Assembly (NCBI GenBank): GCA_025055635.1
Contig: JANWWQ010000001.1
Span: forward strand, 61,768 to 125,767
DNA: 64,000 nucleotides
Source: Flavobacteriales bacterium
GTDB taxonomy: Bacteria > Bacteroidota > Bacteroidia > CAIKAF01
Direction: 5' to 3'
In this document: in pieces, positions 11,863 to 21,736 of the stretch
Numbering within the stretch: the stretch's first letter is position 1
How the letters are laid out: every line of letters starts with the position of its first letter
Position numbers and translations under genes: made by a program
Notes under the pieces: generated by a model
Databases searched by the model: none
What the model was told of the DNA's origin: nothing
Seen by the model: only the letters and a program-made list of their open reading frames with translations

Positions 11863-13031
11863 TGTTCAGGTTTGTAGTATATTTTTTCAGCATCTTCTTG
11901 GGGGTAAGTTGGAGCCTTGATACATGTCGCGGCCAAGAGGAGGTGCTTCGCCAATGGCAGAGGATGTTCATAGAGGCCGAGGATGGAGATACCATCACTT
12001 TACCGGCCGGACGTTTTCACTTCCCCCGTAGTCTTTCACTAGACGGCAAGCACGGCGTGGTGATCCGAGGAGCAGGGCCCTACGCCACGATCCTTTCATT
12101 CAAGGGTCAGAAAGACGGAGCAGAAGGTATTAAAATTAATCATTGCTCCCAAATGGAACTGCGCGATTTTACAGTAGAAGATGCCCGTGGGGACGGCATT
12201 AAAGCTTCTTTTTGTAGAGAGATAACGTTCCGTAACGTCATAACACGCTGGAGGGGCAGGCCCTCCAAAAAGAACGGCGCCTATGGATTGTATCCGGTCT
12301 CCTGCGACGGGGTTCTCATTGAAGGCTGTATGGCAGAGGGTGCCAGCGATGCCGGCATCTATGTGGGCCAGAGCCGACGGGTTGTGGTACGGTATTGTGT
12401 GGCCCGCCATAATGTGGCCGGCATCGAAATAGAAAATTGTGTGGATGCCGAAGTGGTGGGTTGTCTGGTCACTGAAAACAGCGGAGGAATTTTGGTTTTT
12501 GATTTGCCCGAATTGCCTGTGAAAGAAGGAAGCCACATTAAGGTCCATCACAACCACATAGTGGCCAACAATTTCCGCAATTTTGCCCCCCGCGGTAACA
12601 TAGTCGGCCAAGTGCCTCCGGGTACTGGTGTGATGGTACTATCGGGCCGAAGGGTAACCGTAGAGTACAATCTGGTGGCGGAAAATAAGACGGCCTCCTG
12701 TGCCATTGTTAGCTTTCACATTTCAGGAAGACCCTACAAAGACACTTTATACAACCCATATCCAAGAGAAGTGTTTGTGGCTCATAATATCTTCCGACGA
12801 AGGCTCAGAATGCCTGCTGTCAATTACCAGCTGGGATTGTTAGCTTTTTTGAAGTTTGGCCGCAGGACGCCGCACATATTATACGATGGTATCTGGCCGC
12901 CGGATATCCCAGGGCCGAATCCTTTTCAAATATGCATTGGGCCTAATGAGAACGGTACCTTTGTAAGGTTAGATGCCGGAAATCGGTTCAGGGGGCTAAC
13001 CCGAGATGTGACGCCTTACCTCTGTCCTTAA
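11862..13031 (+). CDS. Right-handed parallel beta-helix (pectin-lyase-fold) repeat protein, secreted; possible polysaccharide lyase/glycosidase
   Basis: Repeated PbH1-like turns appear (ARGDGIKA..., NVAGIEIENCVDAEVVGCLVTENSGGILVF, HIKVHHNHIVANN). The ATG at 11862 overlaps the stop of the upstream gene (TAATG) and gives the signal-like MFRFVVYFFSIFLGVSWS. The longer ORF from 11820 is probably not used. Confidence 0.7.
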   Translation: MFRFVVYFFSIFLGVSWSLDTCRGQEEVLRQWQRMFIEAEDGDTITLPAGRFHFPRSLSLDGKHGVVIRGAGPYATILSFKGQKDGAEGIKINHCSQMELRDFTVEDARGDGIKASFCREITFRNVITRWRGRPSKKNGAYGLYPVSCDGVLIEGCMAEGASDAGIYVGQSRRVVVRYCVARHNVAGIEIENCVDAEVVGCLVTENSGGILVFDLPELPVKEGSHIKVHHNHIVANNFRNFAPRGNIVGQVPPGTGVMVLSGRRVTVEYNLVAENKTASCAIVSFHISGRPYKDTLYNPYPREVFVAHNIFRRRLRMPAVNYQLGLLAFLKFGRRTPHILYDGIWPPDIPGPNPFQICIGPNENGTFVRLDAGNRFRGLTRDVTPYLCP

Positions 13032-13473
13032 ATACCTGGGCATTTGTTAGCTTTCATAATAGCTTTCTTTAAAGAGCCCATAATTTAAATTAAATATTGA
13101 GATTTTATTTTTGTATGGCTTTTAAGATGATTTAAAAAATGTAAACTTTATTCCAAATTATTCCACAGGAGGGTTTTGTACTTTATTATCTTATTTAAAC
13201 CCTCATTAAGTGGTGAGGATGACAATGATATGACAAAAGAGCGTGGTATCCCAATGGAAGAGATTTTTTCAGTACCCCTCTTAATGTTCTCATCATTCCT
13301 TGAATTTAACATATTTTGCATTTTTTAAAGGTCGTTATCATGTTGATAAAGTTTTGTATCTTTCGGAATGTAGGTGCAGCCTTTGAGGAATTACGTGAAT
13401 CTTAATATGATGGCAATATCAAAAACGGCTATATTTTCCATAAAATCGTATTCTTAAAATCATACTTTCTCTT

Positions 13474-16400
13474 ATGAAAAGTAGAGGTATGAAAAAATTT
13501 TTTATCACCCTATCAATTATAGGATCGGCGTCAGCCGTAAGGCAGGGGGCATGGTCGCAGCTCACCTTGACTACACAGACCGCCAACCAGTATGTCGCCA
13601 ACCTGGTGGGTAACGGGATTACCTACTCCAACGTGGTGTTCAATGGTGATCCAGCGGCTATCCGTGCTTTTTCCAACGGGAATACCACCAACCTGGGGCT
13701 CACGAGCGGGGTTGTGATGAGTACGGGCCTCTTGAATGGTACAGGGACCCAAAGCTTATCAGGTCCCTCTTCAAACTTTCTCAGCGGTAACAATGGCGGA
13801 GGCAGTTACCCCGAATTGAATGCTATAGCCGGATCGGCTACCTACGATGGATTGGTGTTGGAATTTGACTTTGTTCCGGTTACAAACCAGCTCAATGTGG
13901 AGTTTGTGTTTGGTTCGGAGGAATATAATGAATATGTGAATTCTGGCTTTAATGATGCCTTCGCATTTTTCATTAGTGGACCCGGGATAGTAGGTCAACA
14001 AAACATTGCTTTGGTGCCCAATACTTCTCTTCCCGTAACTATTGATAACATTAACAATGGAAACTGGTGGTGGTGTTCGTTCGGCCCTTGCTTCAATTGT
14101 GCATATTATATTGATAATTGTAATGGGACCACCTTAGCCATGGATGGGTTTACGACTGTGCTGACTGCCAGTCGAACAGTAATTCCTTGTTCTACTTATC
14201 ACATTCGTCTCATGATTGCTGATGGAGGAGATGCCGCCTATGATTCATGGGTATTCTTAAAGCAGGATGGTTTTTATTCAGTAGGAGCCACAGGTGCCAG
14301 TGTCACAACTACCACGCTAATTCCAGGGGGTACGGCGTTTGAAGGCTGTGGCAATAATGTGAATTATTTCACCTTCAGTATCCCCGCCCCTGTTTCTACC
14401 AATACAACAATTAACTTTACGATAGGAGGCACGGCCACCAATGGCCTAGATTATCAGGCCATTCCCAACTCTATCACCATACCGGCAGGTCAGACCTCTG
14501 CTAATTTGTTTATTAATGCCATCAACGACGGGATAGTAGAGCCCAACGAAACGGTAATTCTCACAGTACCTTTAAATGCCTGTTCTACACAAACTTACAC
14601 CCTTACTATTGCTGATCCGGTACCTTTGAATGTGAATGTGCCCCCTAACGTTAGTTATTGTGCTGGGGGGCCGCCTGTATCCATCACAGCCACTCCTTCT
14701 GGAGGACTGGGTAATATCTCCTACTCGTGGAGTAACGGGGCGGGCACAGGGCAAACTATTAGCGTCAATCCTGGATCTACCACCACCTATACCGTAACGG
14801 CCACGGATGCCTGTGGTACCACAGCCACCGCCCAAACCACAGTGGCCGTAGTGCCGGCCCCAAGTTCTGCTTTCAGTATGCCTTCCACAGGATGTGTGGG
14901 GCAACCTGTAACCATTACCTATACAGGCAACGCCCCGCCAGGAGCCACATATAATTGGAACTTTGGGGCAGCCACTGTCCAGAGCGGCAGCGGGCAGGGC
15001 CCTTACACGGTAACATTTCCTAACACGGGCTCTTTTAATGTGAGTCTCACCGTTATCCATAACGGCTGTACGTCGGCCACTACTACGCAAAACATACAGA
15101 TCAGCAACGCATTTACTTCAACGTTTTCGGCACCAGCCAATATCTGTGCAGGTCAGACGGCTACCATTACCTATACAGGCAATGCGCCTGCCAACGCCAC
15201 TTACAACTGGAATTTCGGTGGAGGTACGGTGCTTTCCGGTTCAGGACAAGGTCCCTATCAGGTACAGTTCAATACTCCAGGAACTCCCACCATTACCTTG
15301 AGTGTCGCCAGTGGCAGCTGCACATCGTCCACCACATCTGTACCCATCACAGTCAATCAAATTCCCACCTCCACCTTTACCGTCACCTCCCCAGTGTGTG
15401 TGGGTCAGAATGCCACTGTCACCTACACGGGTAATGGTGGCAACGCCTCTGTATACAACTGGAATTTTGCGGGGGGCAATGCGGTGCCAGGATGGGGTAT
15501 GGGTCCTCATCAGGTCAGCTGGAATGCACCAGGCACGTACACCATAACGCTTACCACTAACCTAAATGGTTGCATTTCGCCTCCCACTTCCGTTAATGTG
15601 GATGTAATTTCTGCACCAACAAGCACTTTTTCCATCAGTCCTAATCCACCCTGTGCGGGCCAGAATGTCACTGTAACCTACACAGGGAATGCATCTGCAG
15701 GTGCTACATATTCCTGGAATTTTGGGGGAGGGGTAATTGTCAGTGGCAGCGGACAGGGTCCTTATGTAATTAACTTTCCGAGTGCCCAGAATTACAATAT
15801 CTCACTTCAAGTAAATCAGGGAGGCTGTATATCCACTACCACAACGCAAACCGTGGCTGTGACACAACCTCCAACCAGCTCATTTACCACATCCAGCCCT
15901 ATATGTTTTGGTCAGAATCTCACGGTCAATTATACAGGCAATGCACCCCCTGGAGCTACCTATAACTGGAACTTTGGGGGTGCTACGGTGGTTTCGGGAA
16001 ATGGGCCGGGGCCCTATAACTTAAGCTTTCCCAGCCCAGGTAGTTATACCCTTTCCCTCCAAGTAAATAATAATGGTTGTCAGTCTAATACCACTACGCA
16101 GAATGTGGTGGTGAATCCGGGTCCTTCGGCCTCCTTCACTGTGAATCCTGGCACTCTTTGTGAAGGTCAGGCGGCTACGGTTACTTATACGGGAAATGCT
16201 GGAGCTGGGGCCACATACACCTGGAATTTTGGTGGGGGTACAGTGCAGAGTGGTTCTGGTGCGGGTCCCTACCAAGTGAGTTGGGCAACGGGGGGCAATT
16301 ACACGGTTTCCCTGACGGTCACACAGAACGGATGCACGTCCACGCCAGCGACTCAGGCGGTGACGGTTAATGCTATTCCTACGGCTTCTTTTAGCCTCAA

Positions 16401-19400
16401 TCCTGCTACGGTGTGTGCGGGACAGCCTGTCACCATTACCTACACGGGCAGTGCGGGTGCTGGGGCGGTGTATAACTGGGATTTTGGTGGGGGTACGGTG
16501 CAGAGTGGTTCTGGTGCGGGGCCCTATCAGGTGAGTTGGACAGCTGGGGGTAGTTTTTCGGTTAGCCTTTCCGTAACGGCTAACGGTTGTACATCACCGC
16601 CTAACAATCAAAATGTTACGATAAACTCCATTCCTACTTCTTCATTTACTGCCACTTCAGGAATTTGCCCTGGGCAAAACAGCCTCATTACCTATACAGG
16701 AACAGCTGGTCCGGGAGCAACGTACAATTGGAGCTTTAGCGGGGGCACCGTAGCTTCTGGTTCAGGTCCTGGCCCCTACCAGGTAAATTGGCTCGCGCCT
16801 GGTACCTATACTATATCACTAACTGTCATAGAAAACGGCTGTACCTCTTCCTCCACCACCCAACAAGTGGTGGTTTCCAATCTTCCCTCAGCCGCTTTTT
16901 CTATCAATCCCAACCCTGTATGTGTTAATCAGCCTGTTACAATAACCTATACTGGTGGCGCCAATAATGCCACTTTTAGCTGGAATTTCGGAGGTGGAAT
17001 CGTTCAAAGTGGGTCGGGGGGTGGCCCCTACACTGTCATTTATAATACGGCCAACACCTTCACGGTTTCCCTTCAGGTCAATGTAGGGGGGTGTCTTTCC
17101 CCTCCGCAAACCCAGACCATCACCGTAAATCCGATCCCCACCTCTAGTTTTTCTATGCCGGTGATCGCCTGTGCTCAAAATCCTGTGACCATTACCTATA
17201 CCGGCAATGCGGGAGCTGGAGCTACCTACAATTGGAGTTTTGATATGGGGACAGTGGTAAGCGGTTCGGGTCAAGGCCCTTACCAGGTGGAATGGTCTCA
17301 AGTTGGGGTGTACATCGTTTCCTTGCAAGTGATTGAGAACGGTTGTGTGTCTGCCACTACGGCCCTATCTATTGGTATAAATCCGACGCCGGTGGCCTCC
17401 TTCTCAGTAAATCCTTCCCCAGCCTGTGTGGGGCAGCCTGTCACTATTACTTATACCGGAAACAGCCCACCCAATGTGAGCTACACATATAACTTTCCTG
17501 GAGGTAATATTATCTCCGGCATTGGACAGGGACCTTTTCAAGTGATTTGGCCCAACGCCGGCACGTACAACCTCACGCTGATGGTGATTGCATCCGGGTG
17601 CACTTCCCAGGTGTTCAATTATCCTCTTACAGTTAATAACCCTCCCACTTCGTCTTTCACGGTGAACCCGAATGCAGTTTGCGCCGGACAATCCGTTACT
17701 ATCACCTACTCTGGTAATGCGGGTGCAAACGCTTCATTTAACTGGGATTTTGGAGGAGGGACCATCATTTCTGGAAGTGGTACAGGTCCCTACCAGGTGC
17801 AGTGGCCCTCGGCAGGCGCTCCCAATATAACGCTTACCGTCACGGAGAATGGCTGTACATCTACCCCCACTTCTTTGCCTGTTACGGTTTATCCCATTCC
17901 TTCGGCTTCTTTTACGGCAAGTTCCCCCTTGTGTCCTGGCCAACTAGGTACTATTAGCTATACGGGAACAGCCTCACCCGTTGCCACATATGCCTGGAAT
18001 TTTGGTGGTGGTACAGTGGTTTCAGGGACGGGTCAAGGGCCTTATCAGGTGCATTGGAACTCACCAGGCAACTATTCCGTATCCTTGACAGTAACAGAAA
18101 ATGGTTGTATATCTCCTCCTTACACCCAGAATGTCGTGGTCCACAGTACACCCCTTTCCACTTTTTCTGTGCCTAATGCTGCGTGTGAAGACCAGCCCGT
18201 GACCATTACCTACACCGGCACTTCGTCGCCAGGAGCCATATATTCTTGGAACTTTGGAGGGGGTACAATCCTTTCAGGAAGTGGTCAGGGCCCCTATCAG
18301 GTCAGCTGGTCTAATCCTGGTACAGCAACGATTTCTCTCACTGTCATTGAAAATGGTTGCCAATCGCTACCCACATCTCAAAGCCTTCTCATCCATCCTA
18401 TACCTTCCGCAACTTTCACTTCTGCGACTCCTGTATGTGCGGGGGCTAATTCTATAGTAACCTATACTGGCACTGCGAGCGGAAATGCCCTGTATCAATG
18501 GGATTTTGGAAATGCCACACTCATCAGTGGAAGCGGACAAGGGCCATATCAAATCAGTTGGAATAACCCGGGGCAATACACGGTTTCACTTGTAGTAACA
18601 GAGAATGGTTGTACCTCTCCCAGTTATTCTCAGGCTATTACTGTCAACCCCATTCCAACGGCCTCATTTTCCCTGCCTTCTTCTCTCTGCGAAGGGCAAC
18701 CCGGGAATATATCCTATAACGGAACTGGGGGTGCAGGGGCTACCTTCCAGTGGAACTTTGGAGGGGGAAATGTGGTATCTGGCAGTGGAGCAGGACCTTA
18801 TCAAGTGAGTTGGAATGCCGCAGGCACATATAATATCTCTCTTACAGTGACTGAAAATGGCTGCCAATCCAATCAGGTCACTCAATCTCTCACTGTCTAT
18901 CCGATTCCCACAGCCAACTTTTCCGTTGGAGGACCCGTCTGTCCGGGGGATGGAATCTCTGTCACCTATACCGGTACCGCAACTGCAGGAGCTATATACG
19001 ATTGGAATTTTGGTGGAGGCAGCATTCAAAGCGGATCGGGACAGGGACCCTTTCAAATACTATATCCTGCCCCGGGTCAATATAATATCAGCCTAACGGT
19101 GTCAGAAAATGGATGTGTATCCCCTGTCTTTTCTCAGGTGGCCACTGTTTTACCGAGTCCTTCAGCTCTTTTCACCGCCACCCCTGCGGTGTGCGAGGGC
19201 CAGGCGGCTACTATTAATTACACCGGTGGAGCGGGAGCGGGGGCTACCTTCATCTGGAATTTTGATAATGGGACCATTCTTGCGGGAAGTGGTCCCGGAC
19301 CTTATCAGGTGTCATGGAATACTCCCGGAACGCATCAGATTTCCCTTACGGTGGTGGAAAATAACTGCTCTTCTCCCCAGGAAGTTCAACATGTTGTAGT

Positions 19401-21699
19401 ACACGCTATCCCCACAGCCGATTTCACAGTGATGAGTCCTGTGTGTGAGGATCAGGGGACTATCCTCACCTACACAGGCTCCGCAAGTGCTGCCGCTACA
19501 TACGTTTGGTTCGCGGACGGCGGGCAGATAGTGGCCGGGTCCGGTTCTGGCCCTATTACAATGGTTTGGAACACAGCGGGGACTTACAATCCCTCCCTCA
19601 CCGTCACGGAGAATGGATGCACGTCTCAGCCTTTCGTGGCAAACGTTACGGTTCAGCCTATCCCCACGTCTTCATTCACCCTTACCCCATCCGCGTGCGT
19701 TGGTCAGAATGCCGTAGCTACTTATACGGGCACGGCTTCACAGGCCGCCACATATTCCTGGACGATAACAGGAGGGGGACAAGTGCAGTCGGGAAGTGGA
19801 CCAGGCCCCATCGCCATTTCCTGGTCTAATGCTGGCAATTACAGTGTAGAACTGGTGGTACAGGATGGAGGGTGTGTCTCGCAGCCTACAATTCAAAACA
19901 TTACGGTGCACCCAATACCTACAGCTACATTCAATATCAATCCCGCTGCGATATGTTCAGGACAAGCTACCACCCTCACGTATACGGGCACTGCAGGCCC
20001 GGGGGCAACGTACTCTTGGAATTTTGGAGGAGGCACGGTGGTCAATGGCGGTGGAGCGGGGCCCTATCAAGTTCAATGGAATACACCGGGCAGTCACACG
20101 GTGACATTAACAGTCACGGAAAACGGCTGTACTTCCCAGCCTCAGTCCATAAATGTGACGGTGTATGATATTCCTACCTCTTCATTTACGGTTGCCAACG
20201 CCTGCCAAGGACAGGCTTCGGCCGTCACCTATACAGGAACAGCCTCCCCCGCCGCATCTTACCAGTGGAATTTTGGGACAGGTGTTGTACAATCAGGAAG
20301 CGGTGCCGGGCCCTATCAAATCCTTTGGAACGTGGCGGGCAATACGCAGGTCACTCTGGTTGTCACTGAGAATGGTTGCTCCTCAACGACCACTGTGGTA
20401 CCTGTGACCGTTTATCCGCTGCCAGTGGCTTCCTTCACATACAGCAACCCCTTGTGCGTTGGAAATACTACCAGTTTTTCCTTTACGGGTACCGCCGGTC
20501 CTACGGCCACCTATAACTGGAACTTTGGAAACGGGGTTGTGCAAAGCGGAACGGGAGCTGGACCTTATCAGGTGCTTTTCCCCAATGTGGGTTCGCAACA
20601 GATCAGCCTCATTGTCTCCGAGAATGGATGCACCTCAGCACCTTATAACCAGACCATAACCGTAAATCCGATACCTTCCGTTTCCATTGCACCGGTAAGC
20701 CCACAATGCGTGGGGATGAATAGTTTTGATTTTAGTGCCCAAGGAAATTGGGGTCCAGGAGCCACTTTCCAATGGTTCTTCCCCAACGGTAATCCTTCCT
20801 CATCCACCCAGCAAAATCCTCAGAATATTAGCTGGAATACACCGGGGATTTATGGCGTACAATTGATGGTGACAGAAAATGGGTGTTCAGGCTCTGCTCA
20901 GGAAGAGGTGACCGTGTACGCTGACCCTGTCCCTCAGTTTACAGCTTCTCCGTTGTCTGGTTGTGAACCGCTGGATGTCCAGTTTAGCAATACCACCAAT
21001 GGCTACAGCCCAATGCAGGCAACCTGGAATTTGGGCAACGGTGTTAACGCCTCAGGCGATCAGGTATCTACCACGTACACACAGCCGGGCAGTTACACTG
21101 TTTCCTTGACGGTGACAGACGCCTATGGCTGTGTGGTGACTACTTCTATGCCCGGCCTTATTCAAGTTCATCCTAGGCCGGTTGCAGGTTTTGCGGTTTC
21201 GCCAATGGTGATGGACATCCAAGAACCGAACGTGGTCGTGACCGATCACTCCCAGTTTGCCACCCAATGGCATTACACATTTGGCGATGGAGCCCAATCG
21301 TGGCAGCAAAATCCTGCCCACAACTACCAAAATATAGGTGGCTACACAATTACGCAGGTAGTATACAATGCATTTGGTTGTTCTGACACGGCCAGTCTGA
21401 ATGTGGTGGTGAATCCGGTCAGTGAAATTTTTGTTCCTAATTCATTTTCGCCAAACGGAGATGGTGTCAATGATGTATGGCTGCCAATAGCTTCCTATGT
21501 TCGGCAAGTAGATATTTGGGTTTTTGATCGTTGGGGCCAAGTGGTATTCCACAGTGATGATGTCTACCACGGATGGGACGGAACCTACCGCAATTCAGGG
21601 GAGCCGATGAAGCAGGATACATACGTATATCTAATTGAATATAAAAACTATGCAGGAAAGCTGATGACTTTGCGGGGAAGCGTCACCTTGGTGAGATAA
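13474..21699 (+). CDS. Giant (2741-aa) cell-surface adhesin-like protein, probably a T9SS cargo. From N- to C-terminus: signal peptide, a domain resembling choice-of-anchor L, a Ca-binding/beta-sandwich region, an SprB-like repeat, about 24 tandem ~84-aa Ig/PKD-like modules, two canonical PKD domains, and a gliding-motility-associated (T9SS type B) C-terminal domain
   Basis: A single uninterrupted ORF. The N-terminus is MKSRGMKKFFITLSIIGSASA. The modules repeat with the pattern P.S.F...C.GQ..TITYTGNA..GATYNWNFGGGTV.SGSGQGPYQVSW...Y..SLTV.ENGC.S....Q.V.V. The C-terminus ...FVPNSFSPNGDGVNDVWLPI...YVYLIEYKNYAGKLMTLRGSVTLVR matches the CHU_C / TIGR04131-type C-terminal domain. PKD-like segments ...YTVSLTVTDAYGCVVTT... 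precede the C-terminal domain. Confidence 0.9.
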   Translation: MKSRGMKKFFITLSIIGSASAVRQGAWSQLTLTTQTANQYVANLVGNGITYSNVVFNGDPAAIRAFSNGNTTNLGLTSGVVMSTGLLNGTGTQSLSGPSSNFLSGNNGGGSYPELNAIAGSATYDGLVLEFDFVPVTNQLNVEFVFGSEEYNEYVNSGFNDAFAFFISGPGIVGQQNIALVPNTSLPVTIDNINNGNWWWCSFGPCFNCAYYIDNCNGTTLAMDGFTTVLTASRTVIPCSTYHIRLMIADGGDAAYDSWVFLKQDGFYSVGATGASVTTTTLIPGGTAFEGCGNNVNYFTFSIPAPVSTNTTINFTIGGTATNGLDYQAIPNSITIPAGQTSANLFINAINDGIVEPNETVILTVPLNACSTQTYTLTIADPVPLNVNVPPNVSYCAGGPPVSITATPSGGLGNISYSWSNGAGTGQTISVNPGSTTTYTVTATDACGTTATAQTTVAVVPAPSSAFSMPSTGCVGQPVTITYTGNAPPGATYNWNFGAATVQSGSGQGPYTVTFPNTGSFNVSLTVIHNGCTSATTTQNIQISNAFTSTFSAPANICAGQTATITYTGNAPANATYNWNFGGGTVLSGSGQGPYQVQFNTPGTPTITLSVASGSCTSSTTSVPITVNQIPTSTFTVTSPVCVGQNATVTYTGNGGNASVYNWNFAGGNAVPGWGMGPHQVSWNAPGTYTITLTTNLNGCISPPTSVNVDVISAPTSTFSISPNPPCAGQNVTVTYTGNASAGATYSWNFGGGVIVSGSGQGPYVINFPSAQNYNISLQVNQGGCISTTTTQTVAVTQPPTSSFTTSSPICFGQNLTVNYTGNAPPGATYNWNFGGATVVSGNGPGPYNLSFPSPGSYTLSLQVNNNGCQSNTTTQNVVVNPGPSASFTVNPGTLCEGQAATVTYTGNAGAGATYTWNFGGGTVQSGSGAGPYQVSWATGGNYTVSLTVTQNGCTSTPATQAVTVNAIPTASFSLNPATVCAGQPVTITYTGSAGAGAVYNWDFGGGTVQSGSGAGPYQVSWTAGGSFSVSLSVTANGCTSPPNNQNVTINSIPTSSFTATSGICPGQNSLITYTGTAGPGATYNWSFSGGTVASGSGPGPYQVNWLAPGTYTISLTVIENGCTSSSTTQQVVVSNLPSAAFSINPNPVCVNQPVTITYTGGANNATFSWNFGGGIVQSGSGGGPYTVIYNTANTFTVSLQVNVGGCLSPPQTQTITVNPIPTSSFSMPVIACAQNPVTITYTGNAGAGATYNWSFDMGTVVSGSGQGPYQVEWSQVGVYIVSLQVIENGCVSATTALSIGINPTPVASFSVNPSPACVGQPVTITYTGNSPPNVSYTYNFPGGNIISGIGQGPFQVIWPNAGTYNLTLMVIASGCTSQVFNYPLTVNNPPTSSFTVNPNAVCAGQSVTITYSGNAGANASFNWDFGGGTIISGSGTGPYQVQWPSAGAPNITLTVTENGCTSTPTSLPVTVYPIPSASFTASSPLCPGQLGTISYTGTASPVATYAWNFGGGTVVSGTGQGPYQVHWNSPGNYSVSLTVTENGCISPPYTQNVVVHSTPLSTFSVPNAACEDQPVTITYTGTSSPGAIYSWNFGGGTILSGSGQGPYQVSWSNPGTATISLTVIENGCQSLPTSQSLLIHPIPSATFTSATPVCAGANSIVTYTGTASGNALYQWDFGNATLISGSGQGPYQISWNNPGQYTVSLVVTENGCTSPSYSQAITVNPIPTASFSLPSSLCEGQPGNISYNGTGGAGATFQWNFGGGNVVSGSGAGPYQVSWNAAGTYNISLTVTENGCQSNQVTQSLTVYPIPTANFSVGGPVCPGDGISVTYTGTATAGAIYDWNFGGGSIQSGSGQGPFQILYPAPGQYNISLTVSENGCVSPVFSQVATVLPSPSALFTATPAVCEGQAATINYTGGAGAGATFIWNFDNGTILAGSGPGPYQVSWNTPGTHQISLTVVENNCSSPQEVQHVVVHAIPTADFTVMSPVCEDQGTILTYTGSASAAATYVWFADGGQIVAGSGSGPITMVWNTAGTYNPSLTVTENGCTSQPFVANVTVQPIPTSSFTLTPSACVGQNAVATYTGTASQAATYSWTITGGGQVQSGSGPGPIAISWSNAGNYSVELVVQDGGCVSQPTIQNITVHPIPTATFNINPAAICSGQATTLTYTGTAGPGATYSWNFGGGTVVNGGGAGPYQVQWNTPGSHTVTLTVTENGCTSQPQSINVTVYDIPTSSFTVANACQGQASAVTYTGTASPAASYQWNFGTGVVQSGSGAGPYQILWNVAGNTQVTLVVTENGCSSTTTVVPVTVYPLPVASFTYSNPLCVGNTTSFSFTGTAGPTATYNWNFGNGVVQSGTGAGPYQVLFPNVGSQQISLIVSENGCTSAPYNQTITVNPIPSVSIAPVSPQCVGMNSFDFSAQGNWGPGATFQWFFPNGNPSSSTQQNPQNISWNTPGIYGVQLMVTENGCSGSAQEEVTVYADPVPQFTASPLSGCEPLDVQFSNTTNGYSPMQATWNLGNGVNASGDQVSTTYTQPGSYTVSLTVTDAYGCVVTTSMPGLIQVHPRPVAGFAVSPMVMDIQEPNVVVTDHSQFATQWHYTFGDGAQSWQQNPAHNYQNIGGYTITQVVYNAFGCSDTASLNVVVNPVSEIFVPNSFSPNGDGVNDVWLPIASYVRQVDIWVFDRWGQVVFHSDDVYHGWDGTYRNSGEPMKQDTYVYLIEYKNYAGKLMTLRGSVTLVR
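14851..20925 (+). repeat. In-frame tandem array of about 24 copies of a ~252-bp (84-codon) coding module inside the giant adhesin gene
   Basis: The protein-level periodicity (TYTG..A.Y.WNFGGG...SGSG.GPYQV.W...NGC.S) is counted by eye, and the nucleotide periodicity is visible. The repeats are diverged (roughly 50-70% aa identity), so they are not assembly duplicates of a single unit. Confidence 0.85.
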
Positions 21700-21736
21700 T
21701 TTCTGTGATAAAAGAGCTGGGGGACGGGCTTTACTT

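Noticed and set aside
14851-20925. Possibility that the periodic repeats are a CRISPR array
   Set aside because: The period is ~252 bp, with no short identical repeats separated by unique spacers. The repeats are in-frame coding modules with diverged sequence, and no cas genes are present.
14572-21330. Numerous 60–170-aa minus-strand and out-of-frame ORFs inside the giant adhesin gene (e.g. 14572..15090, 16888..17328, 18664..19056)
   Set aside because: They lie antisense or out of frame within a continuous 2741-aa CDS with strong domain evidence. Their Gly/Arg/Cys-rich translations are artefacts of the repetitive GC-rich codon composition.
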